NCBI GenBank assembly: GCA_039027295.1 | Contig: JBCCKS010000005.1 | Location: 10,043-74,042 of the forward strand | Reading direction: 5' to 3' | Source: Pseudomonadota bacterium | Lineage (GTDB): Bacteria > Pseudomonadota > Alphaproteobacteria > Micavibrionales > Micavibrionaceae | DNA: 64,000 bases | Part shown: positions 48,638-57,700 of the stretch, piece after piece | Layout: each line of letters starts with the position of its first letter | How positions within the stretch are numbered: the first letter of the stretch is position 1 | Notes under the pieces: generated by a model | What the model was told of the DNA's origin: nothing | The model's input: only the letters and a program-made list of their open reading frames with translations | Databases searched by the model: none | Position numbers and translations under genes: made by a program

Positions 48638-50008
48638 ATGGATCGTCTTGCTGACAAAGCGCTCGCCGCGATTAAACCTGTGCCTCATCATGAGATTTAT
48701 GGCCGTGTGACCAAAGTTTTAGGACTTTTGGTTGAAATTGCAGGCTTTGGGGAAAGTCTTCATGTAGGGTCTGTTGTTCATTTGCGCCCTCAATCAAGTG
48801 GCTCTCAAGACACTGATATCATTAAAGAAATCCCATGTGAGGTGATAGGATTTCGTGATGAACGCGCCCTGTTAATGCCCTTTGGAACCCTAGAAGGGGT
48901 TGGATTGGGCTGTAAAGCCGTGATTCAAGATAAAGAATCATGCATATATCCTTCAGATTTTTGGTTGGGCCGTGTGATTAATGCGTTGGGGGAGCCGATT
49001 GATGGAAAAGGCCCTCTTATTGAAGGATCCGAAGAAATTCCCCTAAGAAATAAGCCTCCGCCACCGCATTCGCGCCAAAGAATAGGCGAAAAGCTTGATT
49101 TAGGTGTACGTACAGTCAACAGCTTCCTTTTAACTTGTAATGGTCAAAGAATGGGTATTTTCTCAGGCTCTGGTGTTGGTAAATCTGTCGTTTTATCTAT
49201 GATGGCCCGTTATACCGAAGCTGATGTCTCAGTTATAGGTTTGGTGGGCGAGCGAGGCCGGGAAGTTCAAGAATTCTTAGAAGATGATTTGGGTGAGTTG
49301 GGCTTAGCCCGATCAGTTGTCGTTGTCGCCACTGGTGATGAACCCGCCTTGATGCGTCGTCAGGCCGCTTACGTCACAATGGCAACGGCTGAATATTTTC
49401 GAAACCAAGGTAAAAAAGTTTTGTGTTTGATGGATTCGGTCACGCGCTTTGCAATGGCGCAGCGTGAGATTGGTTTGTCTGCTGGTGAGCCGCCAACATC
49501 TAAAGGCTACCCTCCGACTACTTTTGGTGAATTGCCAAGATTGTTAGAGCGTGCAGGCCCTGGGGCGCCGGGACAAGGTTCAATTACAGGAATTTTCTCT
49601 GTTCTTGTTGAAGGGGACGATACGAATGAGCCGATATCAGACGCTGTGCGTGGGATCATTGATGGCCATATCGTGATGGAGCGAAAAATTGCAGATCGTG
49701 GGCGCTATCCGGCGATTAATGTTTTGAAATCAGTTTCGCGGATGATGCCGAAATGTTTAACGGATGAACAAAACGCTCTCATCACCAAAGCCAAGAAGCT
49801 CATCAGTCGTTATGAAGATATGGAAGAGCTTATAAAGCTTGGCGCTTACAGGCGTGGAAGTGACCCTGAAGTCGATGAGGCCATTTTACGATATCCTCAT
49901 TTAGAAGATTTTTTAGGGCAAGATAAAGATGAAAGCACGTCTATTGAAGAGAGCTTTGAAATGCTCGCGAGCTGTTTAGGAATGCCCTATGAAAGGCAGG
50001 ATCAATAA
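48638..50008 (+). CDS. fliI: flagellum-specific ATPase FliI
   Basis: 456 aa with Walker A GSGVGKS, Walker B (LCLMDS) and F1-beta-like architecture. Confidence 0.93.
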   Translation: MDRLADKALAAIKPVPHHEIYGRVTKVLGLLVEIAGFGESLHVGSVVHLRPQSSGSQDTDIIKEIPCEVIGFRDERALLMPFGTLEGVGLGCKAVIQDKESCIYPSDFWLGRVINALGEPIDGKGPLIEGSEEIPLRNKPPPPHSRQRIGEKLDLGVRTVNSFLLTCNGQRMGIFSGSGVGKSVVLSMMARYTEADVSVIGLVGERGREVQEFLEDDLGELGLARSVVVVATGDEPALMRRQAAYVTMATAEYFRNQGKKVLCLMDSVTRFAMAQREIGLSAGEPPTSKGYPPTTFGELPRLLERAGPGAPGQGSITGIFSVLVEGDDTNEPISDAVRGIIDGHIVMERKIADRGRYPAINVLKSVSRMMPKCLTDEQNALITKAKKLISRYEDMEELIKLGAYRRGSDPEVDEAILRYPHLEDFLGQDKDESTSIEESFEMLASCLGMPYERQDQ

Positions 50009-50433
50009 TGGCTGACTTAGAAGGGCTGATACGTTTGCGCCGGCATACTGTTGAAGAAAAGCAAAAAATTCTTGCTGAGATATTGCGCGAAGTTGAAAAA
50101 TTAGAGCAGCAAAAAGAGGATTTGTATGAACGCCTGAAAACTGAGCGTGAGGCATATGAGAAAAGCGATATGCTCGAAACGCGGGAATATTATGGGCGTT
50201 TTGAAGGCGTTATCCGCGGGAATATAGAAAAAATTAATGCAGAGCTTGCTTCCCTTGAAACAAGGCTCAACCTTGCGCAAGAAGAAGTACGATCAGCTTT
50301 TGCAGATATGAAGCGTGTTGAAATCGTTGATAAAAATCGCAAAGCAGAAGAGCAAGCTGAAGCCAATCGCAAAGAAACAATCGAGCTTGATGATATCGGC
50401 GTTGAAGGATTTAGACGAAAAGAAGAGTTTTAA
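50008..50433 (+). CDS. fliJ: flagellar export chaperone FliJ
   Basis: 141-aa all-coiled-coil protein with TAATG coupling to fliI. The call rests on position and composition. Confidence 0.65.
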   Translation: MADLEGLIRLRRHTVEEKQKILAEILREVEKLEQQKEDLYERLKTEREAYEKSDMLETREYYGRFEGVIRGNIEKINAELASLETRLNLAQEEVRSAFADMKRVEIVDKNRKAEEQAEANRKETIELDDIGVEGFRRKEEF

Positions 50434-52529
50434 ATACTTCTCCCATAATTTTCATTTTCTTTGTTCACGTGAACCCAGTTATTCATCTGGCTTTGAAAAT
50501 TTAACTCTCCAGACAAAGATGTTTCATCGAGCGCATTCATATAGAGTTGCCGCATTGTTTGCTGCATAGGAGAGCTGAACGAATTATGTGTCCTTACAAT
50601 AAGATCAAGTCGTTGTTCTTTTAAAAATCCATCGATTTGAACATCTCCAATTTTTGATAAGGATAAATCAAATAAAAATCTCGTATGGCTGTTACCATCT
50701 TCATTGTCTTGAGTACTCTGATCGAAGTCTTCACGCCGTGTATACAGCATAATTTTATGGATTTCATTTTCCCAAAAGAGGGGGAGGGGGACGGCTCTCC
50801 AATCACCTGCGCTAGTTGCGTCGACCCTTTGCGCCCCCTCGCCTTGGCCTAAGCGGCTGAGTAAGTTATCACGTCCTATTTGGCGCAGTAGATCAACTTT
50901 CCTTTCCCCTAGAAATGCTGTTAAATCTCCTGCTCTTAACGCGGCTGCGAATAAGGCTCCTGAAGCGGCTAACTTTGCAGGATTTGAGACAGACGGTAGC
51001 GATCTTAAGAGTGAGTCTGCCGCTTGTGGGTTCATCTGGCGCAGCGCCATATTGATCTCTTCAAAGGCAGGCCATTGAATCAATTGAACAGATTGCAATG
51101 TCAATGTATTGGGTACGATGGCGCCCGCTCTTGGCAGAATTTGTAACTGGCTTCCAATTTGTAAATTGGATGTTGGCGTTTGTACAATAAAATTCTGCGG
51201 TGTGATTGTGCCTTGAACGGGAATAGAGATAAGCGGAAAGCTTCTCGGCGTGATGCCTACAATCTGTGCAAACTGCGCCACGGGATTATTATTCAAAGGG
51301 TTCGCTATTGATGGTGAAATAGGATTATTTTGAACATTTATAATGATAGGATTACTTGCAATATTTGTACTAATCTGTGCAGGCGAAGTGATTATTACTC
51401 TTGGTAAATCAATTGAAATAATTTGCGCTTGAAACTTAGGCGCAAAATTATTCTGTGGGCTTTGTGGGATTGCAGGATCAAAAATAATAGGTTGTGCCGT
51501 GTTAGCAGCTGCAGATTGCGCATTTATTTGACCCGTTGTAGCTGGTTGTCCTTGAATTGGCTGCGCAATTTGTACACGGTTTAAAATTTCTGTCACTTGA
51601 GCGATATTTTGAGGTCTTAAAACCTGCCCATCAGACAAAATTTGTGAATTTGATGGAATTTGTAGGGCTGGGTTTTCAACTATATTTGTCGTAGGAATGA
51701 TTTGTACAATATTATTAATCGCTTGAGATAAAGCAGGAGACGTTTGTATAGGTGGAGTGAAAACATTCTGCGTTATCGTAGCTGGAGTAAGATTCGCGCC
51801 TATATTAAAGTTACTCGCTTGTGAAGTAATACTTTGAATGAGATTATTATTACTGACTTGCAGATTAGATTGAATGGGTGGGGGTAGCTGATTAATCGTT
51901 TGCTGGATAATGTTATTGGCTTGTGCTTGAGTAACGGCTATCAAACGAACCGTTTGATTATTTGTTAAATTTTGAGGAGCTTGTTGAAATAATCGGCCCA
52001 GCTGATTGGCAATTTCTTCTGTCACTGCGTTCGTTAAACGCGATACAGCCTTGGGTAGGCTTTGCGAAATATTTTGTACTGGTAAATCGATGTCTGTCGG
52101 ACTGACTCTATTATTTTGAACGGGATTAGATTGTGGTGTTTGAGTGGTCTGCGGGGGGGGAGTGCTTGCTTGTGGCCGACTATTGTCTCTTGCCTGAGGT
52201 GTAATATTTTCAAAACTAACGCGGGCTTGTGTTGGATTTTGCGTAGGCGGTACTTCAATAATAACACGTTGCCCCGTTTGTAAATTTTGAGCTTGGTTAG
52301 TATTTTGCGCCCGCACAGTCACTTCACCTTGGTTAGTTTGAACTGTGACCTGATTATTTTGCGGATTAACATTAGTGATTTCACCACTAATTCTAATATT
52401 TTGATTGGCACTTTGCGTTTGCGTCACAATTTGGTTTGGAATTTTGACAATTTGGAGAAGCTGAGACGTTGCTCCATTGCCGCTCGCGCGCCCAATAGAC
52501 AATCCTACTTTTCCTGAAAAAATAGCCAT
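50430..52529 (-). CDS. Q/N/P/T-rich 699-aa protein, possible FliK-like hook-length control protein
   Basis: It is the last gene of the flhA-flhF-flhG string. About 480 aa are low-complexity and nearly uncharged. The C-terminal globular part (FLFDLSLSKIGDVQIDGFLKEQRLDLIVRT...MQQTMRQLYMNALDETSL) loosely resembles the FliK C-domain pattern. Confidence 0.35.
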   Translation of the reverse strand: MAIFSGKVGLSIGRASGNGATSQLLQIVKIPNQIVTQTQSANQNIRISGEITNVNPQNNQVTVQTNQGEVTVRAQNTNQAQNLQTGQRVIIEVPPTQNPTQARVSFENITPQARDNSRPQASTPPPQTTQTPQSNPVQNNRVSPTDIDLPVQNISQSLPKAVSRLTNAVTEEIANQLGRLFQQAPQNLTNNQTVRLIAVTQAQANNIIQQTINQLPPPIQSNLQVSNNNLIQSITSQASNFNIGANLTPATITQNVFTPPIQTSPALSQAINNIVQIIPTTNIVENPALQIPSNSQILSDGQVLRPQNIAQVTEILNRVQIAQPIQGQPATTGQINAQSAAANTAQPIIFDPAIPQSPQNNFAPKFQAQIISIDLPRVIITSPAQISTNIASNPIIINVQNNPISPSIANPLNNNPVAQFAQIVGITPRSFPLISIPVQGTITPQNFIVQTPTSNLQIGSQLQILPRAGAIVPNTLTLQSVQLIQWPAFEEINMALRQMNPQAADSLLRSLPSVSNPAKLAASGALFAAALRAGDLTAFLGERKVDLLRQIGRDNLLSRLGQGEGAQRVDATSAGDWRAVPLPLFWENEIHKIMLYTRREDFDQSTQDNEDGNSHTRFLFDLSLSKIGDVQIDGFLKEQRLDLIVRTHNSFSSPMQQTMRQLYMNALDETSLSGELNFQSQMNNWVHVNKENENYGRSI

Positions 52530-52580
52530 GACCTTATTATCTCATAAAGCTTAGAATATCAGCAGTGATTTTTGATATAT

Positions 52581-53432
52581 TTAAGCAGAGGCTGCTTTTT
52601 TGGTACGCTCAGCAAGATCTTTTATGACGATCTTCGCTATTCTTTCGACGTCTTCGGCTGCTTCGCTATTGGGGGAGCGCGTAAGTATAGGCGTTTGATG
52701 ACGAATAGTTTCTTTCACCTTCGTATCATGACGAACCATTCCAATAAGCGGCGGCTTGATCCGTAAGAAATTCTCACAAGCCTTTAAGAGTGTTTTATAC
52801 GTTTTTTCACCTTCAACTTTACTAGTTGCCTGATTAACGATCACACCAACATTTTTTGACATGCCAACGGCGCTGCCTAACTTTATAAAAGCATAAGCAT
52901 CTGTGAGCGATGTCGGCTCATCAGTGGTCACGAGCAAGGTGCGCGCAGCCGAAGCTGATAACATTCTGACTGTTCGATCAACGCCTGCGCCTAGGTCTAA
53001 AAGAACGGCATCATAATGCTGTGCCACATCAAGAAGCTGATCACGCAGCATCGTTAATCTTTGAGATGGAAGTGCGGATAGAGAGGCTTGCCCTGAACGT
53101 CCAGCAATAATATCAAATTTTCCGTCTTCATAAGTTTGAACAACTTTATCTAAAGATAGGCGACCACGAATAACATCATTTAAGTCGCGCTTTGGCATGA
53201 GGCCTAATTGAACGTCGATATTGGCTAATCCTAAATCGCCATCAAAGAGTAAAACCTTTTTACCTTGCTTTGCCATAGCGTGAGCAAGTGAGATTGAAAA
53301 CCATGTTTTTCCAACGCCGCCTTTACCACTCGCAATGGCAATCACATTTTTTCCAACTTTCATGGACGGGTTAGCCGATTTTGCATCAGCCTTATCATCA
53401 CTTAATTTTTTACGAGCAGTTGATTCTGACAT
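52581..53432 (-). CDS. flhG: MinD/ParA-family flagellar number regulator FlhG (FleN/MotR type)
   Basis: 283 aa with a deviant Walker A (SGKGGVGKT), directly after flhF. Confidence 0.75.
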   Translation of the reverse strand: MSESTARKKLSDDKADAKSANPSMKVGKNVIAIASGKGGVGKTWFSISLAHAMAKQGKKVLLFDGDLGLANIDVQLGLMPKRDLNDVIRGRLSLDKVVQTYEDGKFDIIAGRSGQASLSALPSQRLTMLRDQLLDVAQHYDAVLLDLGAGVDRTVRMLSASAARTLLVTTDEPTSLTDAYAFIKLGSAVGMSKNVGVIVNQATSKVEGEKTYKTLLKACENFLRIKPPLIGMVRHDTKVKETIRHQTPILTRSPNSEAAEDVERIAKIVIKDLAERTKKAASA

Positions 53433-53436
53433 GAAT

Positions 53437-54474
53437 TTATCCTGAAGCCACTGAATTTGTGGATGCTTGTATTGTGCCGCGTTCTGCTGTTGGCATCAAG
53501 AGTTGAGTTAATCTTTTTGGAGAGCATTGGGATAAGCCATCTGCGACTTTGGCGGTTGCGCTCATCTCTGTTAAGGCAAGGCCTGCTTGATGAGCGGCTG
53601 TTAGGATTGCACCCATTCTTCTGGCAACATCAATTCGTGTACAAAGGAGACGGTTTGCTCCAAGGCTTGCAAATATTTCTGCTGTTTCGCCTGCCTCATC
53701 GGCTTGCATATTAGCGGGAAGAACGAGAATTGATTGCGCAGCCGCTGCTTCAACGAATCCAGCAAGCGATTTAATGCTTTCTCGGTCAAAAGGATTTGTT
53801 CCTGCTGTATCGATAATGACTTGGTCGCACCCTTTGGTGGCTAAAAGCTTTTCTTTTAACGCTGTTGGAGTTTTTGCAACTTCTAAATCAACACCAATTA
53901 AATCAGTAAAGGCTTTTAATTGCTCGCGTCCACCTGCGCGTTCTGCATCTGTTGTAATCACGCAAATATTTAATCCATCCATAGCAGAGCGAGCCGCTAA
54001 TTTTGCAACGGCGAGAGTCTTTCCTGACCCTGGCGGGCCAACCATAACGATAGGTTTGTTTTCTGTTGATTTGGGGAGGGATTTAAACTGAAACAACGTC
54101 TCAATAGACGATAAAAGTGCAGGTCTTGGCTCATCGTGATCCATGACACAAGCGCAAGATACGATTTGATCGAGAACGCTATCGGGAACACCATGGCGGA
54201 GCATGGCTTCAGTAATATCTTCTATAATAGTTGCTTCGGCGGAATCATCTTCATAGAGCCAGTCGTCGCTGGCGGTTTCCTGCTGTTCTGTAGATGTGCT
54301 TTCATCATCGGCAAATACATCTTTATCGATTGCTGCTGTTAAATGAACCATTAAGCCGCCAACGGCATTACGTTCTTCACGCGTCGCTACAATCACTGCA
54401 TCTTCGCCTAAAGTTTCACGCACCATATTCATGGCCTCTGTCATAGTTTTTGCTGTAAACGACTTTAGCCGCAT
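53437..54474 (-). CDS. flhF: flagellar SRP-type GTPase FlhF
   Basis: 345 aa with an NG domain (GPPGSGKT, DTAGT) and an acidic N region, downstream of flhA. Confidence 0.8.
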   Translation of the reverse strand: MRLKSFTAKTMTEAMNMVRETLGEDAVIVATREERNAVGGLMVHLTAAIDKDVFADDESTSTEQQETASDDWLYEDDSAEATIIEDITEAMLRHGVPDSVLDQIVSCACVMDHDEPRPALLSSIETLFQFKSLPKSTENKPIVMVGPPGSGKTLAVAKLAARSAMDGLNICVITTDAERAGGREQLKAFTDLIGVDLEVAKTPTALKEKLLATKGCDQVIIDTAGTNPFDRESIKSLAGFVEAAAAQSILVLPANMQADEAGETAEIFASLGANRLLCTRIDVARRMGAILTAAHQAGLALTEMSATAKVADGLSQCSPKRLTQLLMPTAERGTIQASTNSVASG

Positions 54475-54618
54475 AGAAACAACCTCGATTCATATGTAAG
54501 AGTATAGAATAAGCGGGTGGAGCTTCCTATGGTTTGTTACAAAGGAAAAAATGAATTATCGCTAGTCTGTGGATAATTTATTTGCTGCGTCTACAATATA
54601 ATTTCAAATATATCGTTA

Positions 54619-56760
54619 TTAAACTTGGCCAAGCGTTTTAATCTTTGCTTTGGGATGAATTTCATTTTGGCTCATAACCATTGTTTGTGGCCTAAAACGC
54701 TCAATAACAGACCGAACGTATGGCCTTATTTGTGGGCTTGTTAAAAGAATAGGGCTTTCACCTTCTTTTCCAAATTCATCATAAATTTTACGGACCTCAG
54801 TAATGAAATCTTGCAACTGTGTTGGCGCCATAGCGAGCTGCTTTTCTTCTCCATCCGGTCCAATCAGCGCATCATTAAAAGCTTGTTCCCAATCAGGTGA
54901 CAGTGTGATGAGTGGCACAAATCCGTTAACATTCGTGTTTTGATCACAAATTTGACGCGCTAATCTTGATCTTACATGTTCGGTAATAATTGAAATATTC
55001 TTTGTATAAATGGCGGCTTCTGCAATGCCTTCTAAAATGGTGGGGAGGTCTCTAACAGACACTCGCTCGGAAACAAGGTTTTGAAGAATTCTTTGAAGGC
55101 CGCCCACACTAATTTGTCCTGGTGTCACATCAGCCACAAGTTTTTGATATTCAGGAGCCAACTCATCCAATAATTTCTGCGTTTCTGCATATGAGAGAAG
55201 GTCAGACATATTATCTTTCACAATTTCTGTAATGTGAGTTGTGATCACGGTTGGCGCATCAACAACGGTGTACCCTTTAAAATGCGCTTCTTCTCTATGT
55301 TGTTCATCAACCCACATAGCAGGAAGCCCGAAGGTTGGCTCGGTTGTGGCTTCACCAGGCAGCTTAATTTCTGCACCCGTAGGATCCATGCACATTAACA
55401 TACCGGGGCGAACATCACCGCGCCCGCTTTCGATTTCTTTAATCCTAACGACGTAAGTATTTGCAGGTAATTGAAGATTATCTTGAATACGCACGGCTGG
55501 TAGAACATATCCCATATCTTCTGCCAATTGACGGCGAAGACCTTTGATTTGATCTGTAACTTTATTGCCATCTTCTCCTTGAACTAAAGGAAGTAGGCCA
55601 TAACCTAATTCTAAACGGATCGTATCCATGGCTAAAGCCTTGGAAATTGGTTCTTCTGCAACGGGCGCTTGAGCACCTTCAGCGACCCCTTGCGCTTCGA
55701 GTTTTAAGACTTCTTCTGCCTCTTCTTTTTGTCTGAAGGTCCAGAATGATAGCCCCGCTAACGCTAAAGCTAATGTCATGAACGGCAGAGCAGGAACACC
55801 AGGGACAAGTGCCAATAGCAGCATTAAGAATGCTGTAATTGCCATCGCCTTGGGATGTTTTGTGAACTGGAATACTAATGCTTGGTCGGCAGACCCTTCA
55901 ACTCCTGCCTTAGAAACAAGCAAACCTGCTCCAATTGAAATAATAAGCGCAGGAATTTGTGACACCAAGCCATCCCCAATTGTAAGAATAGTATAGGTCT
56001 CTGCGGCTTCACCCATGGTCATACCCTGTTGGGCCGTTCCAATAATAATCCCGCCTATAATATTGATGAAGACAATTAAAAGCCCTGCAATGGCATCCCC
56101 GCGAACAAATTTTGCGGCACCATCCATCGCTCCAAAGAAATTACTTTCTTGTTCTAATTCTTTTCTTTTGGCTTTGGCTTCTTCTTCTGTCAAAAGTCCG
56201 GAGGACAAATCAGAATCAATCGCCATTTGCTTTCCAGGCATTGCATCTAAAGTAAAACGCGCGGCCACTTCGGCAATACGCCCAGAACCTTTTGTGATCA
56301 CAACAAAGTTCACAATAACGAGAATCGCGAAAACAATTCCGCCAACAACATAGCTTCCTTGAATAATCAATCCACCAAAGGCTTCAATCACTGCACCAGC
56401 CGCATCTTGTCCTGTATGACCTTCGCCTAAGATTAATCGTGTTGAGGCAACGTTAAGTCCAAGCCTTAATGATGTTGCAATCAATAGAACTGTGGGGAAA
56501 GTTGAGAACTCAAGAGGTTTTTGAATGGATAAAACCAACATCAAAATAAAGACTGAAAATAAGATAGAAATCGATAATCCCATATCCAAAAGCCATGTAG
56601 GGATAGGAATCAGCATGAAAATCAAGATTGCAACAATACCTGCAGCTAATACTACATCACCACGCAAAATACCGCCTAAAGTTGAGCGTGCGCCTGCAAT
56701 ACCCGCATCACGGGCATTACTTAGTCTCGATACTGAATTTGTTCCTGTTGTCTCAGCCAT
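54619..56760 (-). CDS. flhA: flagellar export gate protein FlhA
   Basis: 713 aa with the conserved FHIPEP-type TM region (FPT.LL..T..RL.LN..STR.IL, GAMDGA.KFV.GDA) and a cytoplasmic domain. Confidence 0.95.
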   Translation of the reverse strand: MAETTGTNSVSRLSNARDAGIAGARSTLGGILRGDVVLAAGIVAILIFMLIPIPTWLLDMGLSISILFSVFILMLVLSIQKPLEFSTFPTVLLIATSLRLGLNVASTRLILGEGHTGQDAAGAVIEAFGGLIIQGSYVVGGIVFAILVIVNFVVITKGSGRIAEVAARFTLDAMPGKQMAIDSDLSSGLLTEEEAKAKRKELEQESNFFGAMDGAAKFVRGDAIAGLLIVFINIIGGIIIGTAQQGMTMGEAAETYTILTIGDGLVSQIPALIISIGAGLLVSKAGVEGSADQALVFQFTKHPKAMAITAFLMLLLALVPGVPALPFMTLALALAGLSFWTFRQKEEAEEVLKLEAQGVAEGAQAPVAEEPISKALAMDTIRLELGYGLLPLVQGEDGNKVTDQIKGLRRQLAEDMGYVLPAVRIQDNLQLPANTYVVRIKEIESGRGDVRPGMLMCMDPTGAEIKLPGEATTEPTFGLPAMWVDEQHREEAHFKGYTVVDAPTVITTHITEIVKDNMSDLLSYAETQKLLDELAPEYQKLVADVTPGQISVGGLQRILQNLVSERVSVRDLPTILEGIAEAAIYTKNISIITEHVRSRLARQICDQNTNVNGFVPLITLSPDWEQAFNDALIGPDGEEKQLAMAPTQLQDFITEVRKIYDEFGKEGESPILLTSPQIRPYVRSVIERFRPQTMVMSQNEIHPKAKIKTLGQV

Positions 56761-56897
56761 TTTTATCGAAATATTGCCTGAAATGAGGCACTTAAGAATA
56801 AATTTTGTAGATACTAAAAATAATTATCATATTTTTATGTAATCTATGTTATTATACCACAAATTTTGAATTTGAATGGATTATATTCGAGGAAAAT

Positions 56898-57449
56898 ATG
56901 AGAAAAATTTGTCTACTTTTTTGTTTATTTGTTCTGAGTGCGTGCTCTCAAGACTCTAAGCTTTTTACACAATCCTCTCAATTTAATGAAATTATGCCTG
57001 CTGCGGGTGCAGCTACAGCTCTAGATTATGATCACATGACATTTCGTGATCATTTGGCATCTCAGTATGTTAGTCTAGCGAATAAAGAACATCATGAAAA
57101 TTATGATTATAAGTGCGCGGCTCATATGAATGCTAAAGCAGATTTATTAAAAGCGGGGCACATGGTAGGCCCAGATCATCCGGCTCAATTCAATATTTCT
57201 GATCGTTATGAAGCTGATTTAATCGCCGCTCGTGAAGAGCTTATCTATGCTATTCAAAATTATTCATACCCTGAAAATAGACAAGCGCTTGCAATCGCCC
57301 AGGTGAAATATGATTGTTGGATCGATCAGGCCGTAGATTGGCCGCGTGATGAAGATCGTATTACTTGTGATGATTCTTTTTATGAAGCACTTTCAGAAGT
57401 AAATCGAATTGATCCGTTATTCGGAGAAGATCTGGAATTCTTTATTTAA
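56898..57449 (+). CDS. lipoprotein resembling only the N-terminal domain of alphaproteobacterial OmpA-family lipoproteins
   Basis: 183 aa with the lipobox LFVLSAC. The ...AQVKYDCWIDQAVDW..DEDRITCDDSFYEAL pattern resembles, from memory, the region preceding the OmpA_C domain in such proteins. No OmpA_C domain follows. Confidence 0.5.
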   Translation: MRKICLLFCLFVLSACSQDSKLFTQSSQFNEIMPAAGAATALDYDHMTFRDHLASQYVSLANKEHHENYDYKCAAHMNAKADLLKAGHMVGPDHPAQFNISDRYEADLIAAREELIYAIQNYSYPENRQALAIAQVKYDCWIDQAVDWPRDEDRITCDDSFYEALSEVNRIDPLFGEDLEFFI

Positions 57450-57452
57450 AAA

Positions 57453-57641
57453 CTATCCGAATTTCTGAGCACGAATTACTTTATGCTTTGCCTGTAAAGC
57501 CGTTATAGCACCTCGTAAAGTTTTAGTTTCATAGCCATTTTTAGCTTTTTCTTAGCATTCGGCTAAAGTTCCGATGCGACCGCCACCATCTCGTGCAACA
57601 GGAACGTCAAAAATCATATCTATTACGATTGGGTTAGTCAT
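57453..57641 (-). pseudogene. 63-codon ORF with a good SD, interrupted by an in-frame TAA at codon 30
   Basis: Own translation: MTNPIVIDMIFDVPVARDGGGRIGTLAEC*EKAKNGYETKTLRGAITALQAKHKVIRAQKFG*. A GGAG sits 7-8 nt upstream of the ATG at 57641. The internal stop is at 57552-57554. Confidence 0.3.
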
Positions 57642-57700
57642 TGTTTTCTCCTAAAAATAAAATTAGATATAAGGCAAGAGTATGCTTATGTCAAATTTTC

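Noticed and set aside
50430-52529. Repetitive DNA in the Q/N-rich gene as a possible CRISPR-like or satellite array
   Set aside because: The repeats are degenerate, of irregular length, and in-frame within a continuous 699-codon ORF. There is no repeat-spacer periodicity.
54475-54618. Sigma-54 (-24/-12) promoter upstream of flhF
   Set aside because: The best GG...GC candidate (aggaagctccacccgc on the minus strand) has the wrong spacing by one base and lacks the TTGC element.
56761-56897. GGCAC element (tgaggcacttaag) as a sigma-54 promoter between flhA and the lipoprotein gene
   Set aside because: No TTGC lies at the required distance, and the orientation and position do not fit either gene well.
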